From Polymyxa betae A26-41 (Eukaryota > Protista > Endomyxa: Phytomyxea), in NCBI GenBank assembly GCA_003693705.1, contig RBZT01000156.1, forward strand, positions 1-64,000: 64,000 bases of DNA, read 5' to 3'. Of this stretch, positions 11,001 through 21,660 are shown in pieces (position 1 is the first letter of the stretch; the number at the start of each line of letters is the position of its first letter). A model generated the notes under the pieces. It had not been told where the DNA came from, ran no database searches, and worked only from the letters and a program-made list of their open reading frames with translations. The translations under genes and the position numbers were made by a program.

Positions 11001-13421
11001 TTAAGCACGTCCACCACGTCCGCCTCTCATGCCTCCTCGCATGCCACCACGGCCGGCCTGAGGACCACCGCGAGCGCCACCACGAGCTCCAGAAGGGCCA
11101 CCTCGGGCACCACCACGTCCGCCTCTGGCGGCACTTGGCTGACCCTGGTTCTGTGGCTTGGTGCTCTCCTTCTTCTCGCCGGTAGCGTCAGGGTTTTCAA
11201 CCTTCAGCTTCTTGGCTTCAACCATGACGGTCTTGCCAGATTCAAGTTGGACAGTGACACCCATGCTTGGGATGTTACGAACAACAGTAGCAGGGACGTG
11301 CTTGCCACCAACAGGAGCCCAGCAGGATTCACCAGCAACCCAGTCGGTCTTCTGAGCAGCTAACTTGGCCAGACGACGAGCCTCCTTCTCAGCAGCGATG
11401 GCGGCGATACGAGCTTGCTCAGCAACAACAGCGTCTTCCTTCTCCTTGGCCAATCTCTGCTGTTCGGCCAAACGAGCAGCCTGTTCAGCAAGGTATTCCT
11501 CGGTGTGGATAGCACCACCACCTCGGTTCTGCAGAATGGCGTTCTTGTGGTCGATGACTTGTCCTTCTTCCAAAGCAGTAATGAAGGAGTAAGTAGCACG
11601 TTCGGCCTGCTTCATTGTGTCGAACTCCAAGAAAGCACCTGGGACGATCGACAAGAAGTGCTTGCTGCATCGCTTCAGGAAATCTCGGTTGTGGGTAACC
11701 ACAATCAGACCACCGGAGAACTTGTTGACAGCGGTAATCAACGAATCGACGGAATCCAGATCCAAGAAGTTCGTCGGTTCATCCATGATGAGCAAGTGAG
11801 GCGGAACGAAAGTCAGTTTGGCGAAGATGACACAGGATCGCTGAGAGAACGATAGACCAGCCATACGGGTGTTCATGGGGTCATCCGAGATCGCGGTCTT
11901 GCGAAGATGAGCCTTCAATTCACCAGGGTTGACATCAGGGAATGAGTGGCACATGAACTCGATGGGAGTCATATCCAGCTGCAATTCCTTGGTCGAGTGC
12001 TGACCGAAGTAGGCGAGGGTGAAGTTGGGGTTAGTGATGATCTGACCCTCGGTGGGCGTCAGCTTGCCGGTGATCAGCTTCAAGAAGGTGGATTTACCAG
12101 CACCGTTGGGTCCCATGATACCGACACGGGTGCCGATCTTGACATCGTAGCTGATGGGAGTGTCGAAGATGTATGGCAGGCCCTTCTCGGCATCGTACGT
12201 GAAGCGGACGTTGTCGACTTTAAGAAGAGAGACGTCGGATTGCTCCTGTCCTGCAGCGCATGGCAGAGGCTCAGGGGCCTTGAACGTGAATTTGCCCGAA
12301 AGCATCATTTGACGTTCGTAGCGTTTACGAACCCACTGCTGGTACTCCATCTTGGTTCGGTACTGAGGGTCTTCTGGCGCAAGGTTACGGTTCCTGTTCA
12401 AGAAGGTGTCGATACGCTTAGCACGTTCCTGGTCGTTCTTCTCCTTCTGCTTTTCGAAGTCTTTGAATCCACACGAGTAGTATTCAAGACCCATATCCTG
12501 GATAAGCATGACGGACGTGACGACGTTCTCCAACAGAGTACGATCGTGGGTAACCAGCAAGTACGAGCCCTTGTAGGCACGCAGACGCTGCTCGAGCCAC
12601 AGAACGGAAGGCATATCCCTAGAATTCGATCAGATGCGTGTTGGCTGACGAGTACGAGACACTAACAAGTGGTTGGTGGGTTCATCAAGAAGCAATACAT
12701 CAGGATCAATAATGAAAGCACAGGCCAATGCAACACGCATACGGAGACCTCCTGACAGGGAGCTCAGCGGAGCCTGCTCACCAGTCTCATCAAAACCAAG
12801 GACACGCAACATAGCCTTAGCACGCTTCTCAGCAGTGTAAGCACCGCTGGAGGTCATTTGCTGATCGATGTAAGCCAAATTGTCCTTGAGCTTGGTCAGA
12901 CGGTCGGCATCCTCCTCGGTCTCGATCTGGCTCTTGAGGATCTTGTCAATGACAGTGAGGATCCGGTGGTAGGGGTGAGAGCAGAGGACGGTGTCGATAA
13001 CGCTGATGGCGTCGGCGACTTCGTGGTGTTCCAACTCCTTCATGTGATGAACGTGGAGATGGACGGGGAAGTCGCGGAGCTCGCGGGACGAGATGGCGTT
13101 GAACAAAGACGTCTTTCCACTGCCGTTGATACCGAACAGAGCGCATCGCTTGTTGGGTTCAATTTCCAAACGAGCGTTCTTGAACAGATCGGCGGAGTTG
13201 TCAGGCGTACGAAGGCTGAAGACCGGGATGTCGACGACCTTGGTGAGCTTGATCTTCTTAGCGGCGGCTGCCAGCTGCTCCCGCTTGTAGACGGGGAATA
13301 GCATCTCGATCTGCTCCTTCTCGGCGTAGTCGATAGGCGGAAGCTGCTCGGGGGTCAAGTACCCATAGGTGTTCTCGAATTCCCGGTTGAAGGTTTTGGG
13401 ATTGAAGGTAGGACGAGACAT
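11001..13421 (-). CDS. ABC-F family ATPase, paralog B (complete), with C-terminal Tudor/SH3-like barrel and RGG tail
   Basis: Exon 13421..12667 ([23 protein letters not shown]), intron 12666..12619 (GTTAGT..TTCTAG, 48 nt, same position as in paralog A), exon 12618..11001. Protein is co-linear and highly similar to paralog A. Confidence 0.93.
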
Positions 13422-14438
13422 GATGCTAGTTTTGAAAGCGTGAATGCTATTGGGAGACTAAAAAGACAGGAAGTCAGCAATACGAAGCGACATGGACGAC
13501 GGCCATCTGGCCATAAGCTCTTACCTGGCCTCGGGTCGAGTCTTGCTTGTTCAGAATCGGCACCGAAAACCAGAGTGAGGGCTGTTGTGGTCGGAATCTG
13601 CCCAAACCCCGTCACGGATTGCGCTCCGGAGTTAATGGCTCACATTTGCGCTGCTGTTTGCCGGAACTTAGCCCCGGCTGGCCGGGCCGGCCTGGTGGCT
13701 GAGCCCTGCCAAGTGTCACACTGGGCCTGGCAAATTTGGCCAGTGGAGTCACGTTCTGAATGAGTGTAATCGGAAGTCGGAAGTATCTAAGGTGATTTTG
13801 TGGTGGTTCCGATGCAGGCGAGACTCAAGCCATCTTCAGCAACAAATAACTTCGGTTTCAGGGGGTACAGAACTCCACTGAACTAACCAACATTCTTTAT
13901 TGCCTGTAACTATAATTCTGTACGCTTTTTGTATCCACTCGATTACTATTTGGAACAGGCTTGAAGCCTGGGATTGAAATAAACCATAATGATAATGTCT
14001 TGAAGCAATTTTATGGCTCTCCCGTGTAAATTTAGCTAACTACACCGCCCCCAAATCAAACGTTGTTTAAAACTATTCACGGCCTCTACTCTGCGCTCGC
14101 CTGACGGTAATATCTTTACACCCATGCTTTCATGGTTGCCTGAGTTTCAGATTAAACAAGTCGTTAGGCCCCATTGCCAGCCAAGACGCTGGCTCGGCAG
14201 AGGGAAGCGTCCATCGGCACGACTTCTGTTGCATCAAGCTCGTATACAATACCAGATCTCGTTTAGTCATTCTTCTGCCAAACAATGCGTAGTATGCATG
14301 TATACACTACAGAAGTGGGAACAGAAGTTGTTTTCGAGGTCCGTGACGAATCTGTCTTAGCACATCATTGGGTTCATTTCTTACAGGGGCGTCATTCTCT
14401 GCCGCCCATTTTCCATTCTGTCATTGCTCTGCTGACTA

Positions 14439-14918
14439 ATGTTGGCCGCGATGTATTGGCTCCCGATCACGCTGCCGTCCATGTTCGTGTTCCTGGTCGT
14501 GGTTACGATCGGTGTCGCCATGATTTTCAAAGTTTCATCACACAAAACTGCCGAGGTTTTCGCCATGGAACAAGCGAAAGCTGATGCAGTGCCATTGTCG
14601 CCCGCGCGCTTGACGTCGTCTGATAAAGAGAATCCTGAGTCCACGTCGTTTCTCGAACCTTCCCAAGTGACACCAAAGAATTTTGAAAATATCATGATCG
14701 AGGAGGAAGCGTTTTTAAGGCGGCTGGGCTGGTCCCCTTCAAGCTCACAGTTCATTGAACCGCTGACCGATGATGAAAGGCTTCAGTGGGAATTGAAACA
14801 TCTGAATCTACCCAAGCTTCTTGCTGCCAGACGCCAGCAACGAGTTACACATTTCTCATTCCGTAATGAACAAGTGGACGAACCCGTCTCCACTTCTTTA
14901 CCTACTAAAATAATCTAG
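14439..14918 (+). CDS. Hypothetical membrane protein with a vasculin/GPBP1-like C-terminal motif; may extend upstream to 14124 (see findings)
   Basis: 159-aa ORF with an N-terminal hydrophobic segment and EEEAFLRRLGW..PLTDDE, which resembles from memory the conserved vasculin-family motif. Confidence 0.45.
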   Translation: MLAAMYWLPITLPSMFVFLVVVTIGVAMIFKVSSHKTAEVFAMEQAKADAVPLSPARLTSSDKENPESTSFLEPSQVTPKNFENIMIEEEAFLRRLGWSPSSSQFIEPLTDDERLQWELKHLNLPKLLAARRQQRVTHFSFRNEQVDEPVSTSLPTKII

Positions 14919-15024
14919 TTAAATATACTTAAAAGTCATTTATGCTAGTTTTGGCTGACGGATTTCGGCTCGTCTGATGTCGAAAACCATTCGAACGCTT
15001 TATGGAATATGCTTTGTTGGATAA

Positions 15025-16668
15025 TTATCCGATTTCAGCCCTTTCACTGTAAGGAACGAAGTCCAGTCCTAGCTTATCAAAAAGTTCTTGTTCCGAAGAA
15101 ATTGGGATATGCTTTCCTGAGCCTTCTCCGTCGGATTGGTCACGTAGCATCTTAGCAGTCAGTGAATATCCTTTTGTTTGTGCAGCTGATTGCAAATAAT
15201 GAAAGAAGGATACAGGCCCCAGAAGGTGTGTGAAGAAGATCGGAAACGAGGCTTTGCTGCAAAAGCGAAGCTCTAAACGGTGATGGAAATGTGTCGGCTT
15301 TTCTCTCGCATGCCCATCATCAGCGACGCTGGCTGAACGGACAGCTTGGCTGTCAGATTGTGGTTCCGAGCTGCGCTGTGCGAACAAATCTGGCGCCGAC
15401 AAAGCTTCGCGCTGAATTTGCGAAAATTTCGGGATTGAAAACACTTTCTTAGGAGCTAGAGACGCAGCCGCTTCTTTCTCGACCTTTGTCTGCGCCACGG
15501 AAGGTGAAATGCAGACGGATTTGACAACCATGTCGGAGCTTGAGATCACATCAGTCATTAAACCCGATTTTTGCAGAGCGGCGACAAGATTCGAAAATTT
15601 AGACTTATCGTTGGAAGACGCTACGATAACAATTTCGTCAATCGAGTCTTCACAACGGGTATACTGGCCGCATTCACGAATTTCAATATCTCCAACCTAA
15701 AGAAAAATGATGAGAATAAAGAAAAATGATGAGAATTGAATACGCATTCATGTCCAAACGAACCTGTTCGGCTTCAGATATAATGGCGCTAACAATGGTC
15801 TCGACTTCGGAACGACAAATAGGCTCCTGGAAATCTTTGAAGTACTTCAGCCCTTAATATCAGATTTAGAGCAGATTCTGATGTTATAACCACGTCATGC
15901 TACCGATTTTGGCAGGCGCTTCTAAGAGATCCTGTTTACCCACCAAGTCAACAACGCTCGTGATATTCTGCAAAAGGGGCTAAGAGGAAGGCACAAAATC
16001 AGCAAAGCGAAATTACATGCTCGCGAACAAGGCTAGCAGCGAGGGTGGCATTGATGCCATATACTTTTTTGAGTGCTTCAATGCTGGCTAGAAGCTTTTC
16101 ATTAGCATCGCTGTCTTCCGACCTACAACAATTGTTAAAGCACTGTAAAAAGAGTCGCTTGAGCATACTTTTGGATAGTGCCACTTGTAAGGATGTCGTC
16201 GATTTTCTTCGCGATCGATTTTCCAATTCCCTTCAGTATGAGGGCATCTTCCCCACATGTTATTACTTTCGGGTATTTCTTTAGCATTAACGCAGCATTC
16301 TTAATCGAGATGCCTTTGAATTTATTTCCAAGCTCCTGCAAAGTGCTCAGATAGCAGCGAGCAATAGCATCCAAATTACCAGTTCCTCTTTCGATAACGC
16401 CAACAAAGGTTCAGTTAGACGCTCGTTTACATTAACCTCGGATGGTTCGAAATCCTTGCAAACATCAGTGCTTTTGCACCAGGAAAACTGTTTCAGTACC
16501 TCAGCGGTCAATTTTTCAGCAGTCGCCTTCTTCTTTTTGGGTGTTGCCTGTACACTGTCCGCTTTTCTCTTTCTCGATGGCGTCTGCAAACGGCCAACCG
16601 AAATCAGACCTGCAATACGCTTACATCGGACAAATCGTTACTGTAGCAGCCTTCTTGGTACGGGCCAT
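15025..16668 (-). CDS. DNA polymerase X family (Pol beta-like, no BRCT) protein with degenerate polymerase active site
   Basis: Multi-exon model starting MARTKKAAT|TPSRKRK. 8-kDa domain HhH LKGIGKSIAKKIDDILTSG, second HhH VYGINATLA, IGLKYFKDFQEPICRSEV, and C-terminal SSEQELFDKLGLDFVPYSER, all typical of PolX. Confidence 0.85.
15698..15735 (+). repeat. 19-bp tandem duplication inside a PolX intron
   Basis: TAAAGAAAAATGATGAGAA x2, perfect, within the intron 15697..15763. Confidence 0.9.
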
Positions 16669-17283
16669 AATGGGTTCTGCTGACCGAACCAACTGAAAAA
16701 TATCGACGACGAACGTTAGACGAACAACAACAAAGGCCGAAACCCGTGGGTCATCTCATGACGTTTATTTACTTGGAAAACATGGAGGTTCAAGATTATG
16801 CACCAGTTTGCCAAGCGATTCCTCATCACCGAGAGCTTCTTTATGACATCGGATTTCGTTCTGCAAGTGGAATGAATGAAGAAAGGTTCTTTTGCATCTC
16901 CTTCTATAAGATTGAACGCTGCTGGGTCGTTCTGATTAAATACAATCTTTGATGCAGGATCGAATTACAATATAGGAGGCAGCATCAGGTTTATAATCAG
17001 TCAAGCTCGGTCATCGGATGTCATCGCTGCTGAATCCAGTTAAAAGCCGATGGCAGTCTCAGAGTGGCCGCATTCTGATGGGCTCGGCGAGTTGAATTCT
17101 ACGACAGGGCTGATAAGCTTGCCGAATCAATGCCAATGGATGATGGTGTGTATTCGATCATAAAACTCAGAGATTGGTTGACACAAGAATTGCGTGCTGA
17201 TTTTGTGATTGAAGACCCTTGTAGCCTTGCAATCGAGATTTCTGGAATTGGTTGTCGGGCTGTAACGTAACTCGACTGATCAG

Positions 17284-18912
17284 ATGGTCACTTTGCAAAG
17301 CTCATTTTCTGATTCATTTAACAAACCCACCAAACGGCAGAAGACGTCGTCTGACGATCAGGACGGCTTCATCAGCGCTCATCATCCGAACAATGTTCAG
17401 CCGTTGGGAAACAGTTTCGCGGATCCGCTGGGGCAAACGCGACGGCGTCTAGGTGCAGGCCAGCTAGGGTGCCTTAGCGATGATATTTTAGTAGACGTTA
17501 TGAAATGCCTATCGCCTCGAGATTTGTGTCGCTTATCAAACGTGTCCCCTTTCTTGTATATTCTCACTAATCATGATGATCTCTGGAAGACTGTCACATT
17601 GCGTGATCGGGAATCCCTCCCAAGATTTCATGTTAACTGGAAGCAAACATACTTGACGATCTCTGGAATCGACGTTCTTTTGAAGCCACTTCAGTTTGCA
17701 AGTATCTATTCAGATTTCCTATTTCAGCCTTGGTTTGCATGTTGGTAACTTATTTCGAAGTAAATGTAATTGCTCTATAGGTTGAATTCAACAAAGGAAA
17801 TACCGCCTAGATGGCTATCAAGAAGCACTATTGATAGAAGGTCAGCTAACGATCTGACTGTTGAGGCGTTCATCGAAGAATACGAAAAGCCCAGAATTCC
17901 TGTCATTATCACGGACCTCGTTAATTGCTGGCCAGCCTTTGGGAAATGGACTCCAGAATATCTCTCTGACATCTTTCAGGACATTCCCGTCAATGTTCAG
18001 GTTGTTGACATGACTTTGAACGCCTTCTGGAGGTAAGACGGACACAAGGTTGCCAATGAAACTAACTGTTTGGGTTTAGTTATGCGAATCAGACCAAAGA
18101 TGAAACTCCCTTATATCTTTTCGAAAAGGAATTCGTCAACAAGATGCCATCTTTGGAATCTGATTTTGAAGTTCCCAAATATTTTAGAGATGATCTGTTT
18201 CAGTTGCTATCAGCAGCTCGGCCAGATTTCCGATGGATTGTTGCAGGTCCTGGAAGGTGTGTTTTTTGAGTGAAGTTCATAATCCGTTTTGAAGCTTGGG
18301 TTGGTCAGATCGGGGTCGACATTTCATCAAGATCCCAACGCGACATCGGCATGGAATGCAGTTCTCACAGGATCGAAGAAATGGATTCTGTTTCCAAAGC
18401 ATATTTGCCCTCCTGGCGTTATTCCTTCAGAAGATGGAGCTGGTCGGTAATCAGAATGGCTGATAGTAATTAGACTAACTGTCTCGTATACAGAGGTGAT
18501 GACACCACTTTCATTGATTGAGTGGTTTTCATCTTACTATTCCGAAGCTGAAAAATTAAATCCGTATGAAGGGATCGTGGAAGCTGGCGAGCTAATGTTC
18601 ATTCCTTCCGGGATGTGGCATTGCGTGCTCAATCTAGACTCATCCATTGCGGTTACCCAGAACTTTGTTTCGTCCCAGAATCTTCTCGATGTGTTGAACT
18701 TTGCCAAGAAGTCTCCTGATCTTGTTTCTGGGTACAAGGGTGATGTTTCGTTAGCAGATATGCTAAGAGATCTCGTCAACAAACATTATCCTAGTCTGAT
18801 AGCAGATCTGGAGAAACAACAGTTAAATGAGCCTCAGTCTGTTTGGTCTGTTTGCACACAAGACGTCGATGGCTCTGAGAAATTTTGCTTCGGATTTGCA
18901 AGTGAAGACTAG
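17284..18912 (+). CDS. F-box + JmjC protein (JMJD6 / plant JMJ22-like hydroxylase-demethylase)
   Basis: F-box-like [83 protein letters not shown] (HxD), MWHCVLN (distal His). Four short introns. Confidence 0.88.
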
Positions 18913-19604
18913 TAGCAACTTTGTAGATATAATAATTACTGTTTATTCATTGACCATTGTACGTCTATTTCAGTTTTCAGCGAAGACTGTACATCAATCA
19001 GAGCTGCTTAAAGTAAATATCATACAAGAATTTGATTGTCGTGTTGACTCGAGAGAGGAAAACCGCTAGCTGTTACCGCAAGGGTTTACAGCTGATTTGA
19101 TGCTTTATCACTGAGAATGTACAGTCGTCAGCATGGTAGAATCAATCTGTTGACAAATTACCCGAAGTATTAATGCTGAGTTTGAAACGTATGTGATTTG
19201 TCATATAGCGTTCAATTTGCTTAATGGTAAGTAACCAGTTACTCATGACGCTGTCAGTCAAAAAATAAGCATCGTCCGATAGTAAGAATATACTGCGCTG
19301 TAAGACCACTTCGTAATTGCAGAATTTCTGGCATCATTCGAGATTTATGCATTGCAGAAGCTGAAAGAAGAACAATACTAATCAAACAACAGCACATCAC
19401 TAATATACCTGATCGATGTATCATCGTGAAAATTTGCAGGAAGAATAGACATCAGAAAATTGAAGCTGGGGCAAATTTGTATCATGACCGAGCGTATTGT
19501 CTTGGTGAAAAGTTGCGTACGGATATTAGATATTAGTCCGACCTTCTCTGTACCCACTCCAGCGGCCTATATACTATCACTTGTCATTTATCTCGTCTAT
19601 CATC

Positions 19605-20963
19605 ATGACCATGCTAGACACGTCCCGGGATCACGACGACCACAACCGCCATCGGCGTCGTCATCGCCGCCGATCCTCCCGCTCTAGGTCACGCTCGTCG
19701 TCAGGCAGCGACTCGCTTCGCAAGCGCCATCACCGCCGGCATTCATCCAAGTCAGACCGTGACAAAGATCGCGATCGTGATAAAGAACGTAGGCGCCAAC
19801 CTAAGTCACGCTCTCGTTCACGAAGTCGTCCTCGGCTTCCTGATGCTGCTGAAATTCTTAGAAGAGAACAAGAACAGATCGAACGCGATCAGAGAACCGT
19901 CTTTGCGTCTCAGATCCATCCTAAAACCACCATGCGAGAGATTTTCGAGTTCTTCTCACAAGTTGGTCGAGTTCGTGATGTTCAATGTATCGAGGACCAA
20001 AGAACTCGCAAATTCAAAGGGATTGCTTATGTTGAGATGGATTCTACCGATTGCGTCCCATTGGCGTTAGCTCTTAATGGCCATATGCTAAGCGGATATC
20101 CTGTTAATGTTCAGTTAACCCAAGCAGAAAAAAACAGAGCTGCGCAGCAAGCTGCAATTGCTGCTGCCGCTTTGCAAGAACAGCCAATGCGAGTTCGTGT
20201 TCAAAACCTTCATTCGGATGTTAGCAAGGAGGATCTTAAGCCCTTCTTCGAGGCGTTCGGCCGAATCGATGACGTTTCTCTCGATCTTGACTCAAGCAAC
20301 AAGTCATTAGGTGCTGCCTGGATTACCTTCCGCCGCGTCCCTGAGGCTCAAGCCGCCGTGTCCAGTCTTAATGGCCTTGAAGTTCTGGGACAGAACATTT
20401 CAGTAACCATGGAAGTTCCTATAATGTCGATTGGGGACTATTCAATGGGTACTGGCTCCAGTGGAGGAGGTTCTTCCGCCGGAATGGGACCAAGCATGGG
20501 CCAACTGGGAGAATTGGACGACGATTCTGGAGGTGGTTTGCATCTTTCAGCGCAGCATCGATTGGCTTTGATGCAGCGCTTGCAAAGGAGCAACGAACAG
20601 CCTGCGGCTCAACAGCAAGGTGCGAAACCTGCTCCTCAGGTCACTCCTGTTCGTGTCCAGCCCACTACTTGTGTCGTATTGAAGAATATGTTCACGAAGC
20701 AAGAAATAATTCAAGACCCAGAGCTTGCGTCTGATATCAAAGAGGACGTAGCGGCAGAAGCATCTAAGCATGGACGTTTGCTTCACATTCATGTTGACAC
20801 TGATAGTGATGGTCACGTTTTCTTACGTTATGCAGATGTTGAAAGCGCTATGAAGTCGCTGCAAGACTTCAATGGACGTTGGTTTTCCGCGCGACAGGTC
20901 ATTGCCGAACATGTTGTTGAGCGTGCATATGAATCTCGTTTTCCGGGAAGCGGTCGCACTTAA
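19605..20963 (+). CDS. RBM39: RBM39/CAPER-like splicing factor (RS domain, 2 RRM, UHM)
   Basis: Uninterrupted ORF with RS-rich N-terminus, ERDQRTVFASQI, KGIAYVEM, linker LALMQRLQR and UHM CVVLKNMF..DFNGRWFSARQV. Start at ATG 19605 or 19611. Confidence 0.92.
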   Translation: MTMLDTSRDHDDHNRHRRRHRRRSSRSRSRSSSGSDSLRKRHHRRHSSKSDRDKDRDRDKERRRQPKSRSRSRSRPRLPDAAEILRREQEQIERDQRTVFASQIHPKTTMREIFEFFSQVGRVRDVQCIEDQRTRKFKGIAYVEMDSTDCVPLALALNGHMLSGYPVNVQLTQAEKNRAAQQAAIAAAALQEQPMRVRVQNLHSDVSKEDLKPFFEAFGRIDDVSLDLDSSNKSLGAAWITFRRVPEAQAAVSSLNGLEVLGQNISVTMEVPIMSIGDYSMGTGSSGGGSSAGMGPSMGQLGELDDDSGGGLHLSAQHRLALMQRLQRSNEQPAAQQQGAKPAPQVTPVRVQPTTCVVLKNMFTKQEIIQDPELASDIKEDVAAEASKHGRLLHIHVDTDSDGHVFLRYADVESAMKSLQDFNGRWFSARQVIAEHVVERAYESRFPGSGRT

Positions 20964-21660
20964 TTTTCCTCTAACGGTCTTTATTCTGTTGCCTTTTAGG
21001 CTGTATTTGAATTTACCACGATATCCACTAAATGAACGTTTTTCTATAAGAAAAAAGGTTGGCGATTGGACGAGATTTGTCACCTGTGACATTTCGTGAT
21101 TTTTTATTAGAAAAACGACTTTGACCCAAGCTTGACCGTCAACAAGATCGTTTCACAGACGCTCCCAGTATTCATTTATATGTTTGTTCAGATATTTGCC
21201 GACGGAATCATGAACCGGCTTGGTAGATTCGAAGTTCTGATGTTGTTTGTCTGTCTCGTGGTGGTTTTGCAATCTTTTTTGTCAATTCAAGCTAAAAGAA
21301 TCTGTTTAGGGAAAACCTTGTAATTGCAATGCTGAGTAAATATGGTCGATTATAATGATAAACAACAGGTAAGCGTTTGTTTTTTCCTGACTAAAGATAC
21401 TTTCCTTTCGCCATCATTAACGAATCCAATTTTTTGACGGTGTCTGCCTTTTGCTTTCACAATAAACCTCAAATGGGCTATTGGCAGCGCAGTCGTTTAA
21501 TCTCTTCCGCTATACATGGTTTGGAATTGCAGACGGTACACTTGTTGATAAACGTAATTTTTTTCTGTCTTAAAAATATCAAAACAGTCTATGAAATACA
21601 TTGTCGATTTTGAACAAAAGGAACGTAAAATTGATTCGGTTAATTTGCGCTTAAAGTAGA

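Noticed and set aside
10974-13301. Long plus-strand ORFs (129-239 aa) opposite ABC-F paralog B, and similar antisense ORFs over paralog A and the NTT
   Set aside because: Shadow ORFs expected from strong codon bias on the coding strand; no motifs of their own.
1-13421. Inverted ABC-F copies as an assembly artefact or as transposon terminal repeats
   Set aside because: About half of the compared codons differ synonymously, introns and flanks are unrelated, and there is no transposase or target-site duplication.
16746-17270. Short plus-strand ORFs between PolX and the JmjC gene
   Set aside because: No motif or coherent exon chain; treated as divergent promoter or intergenic DNA.
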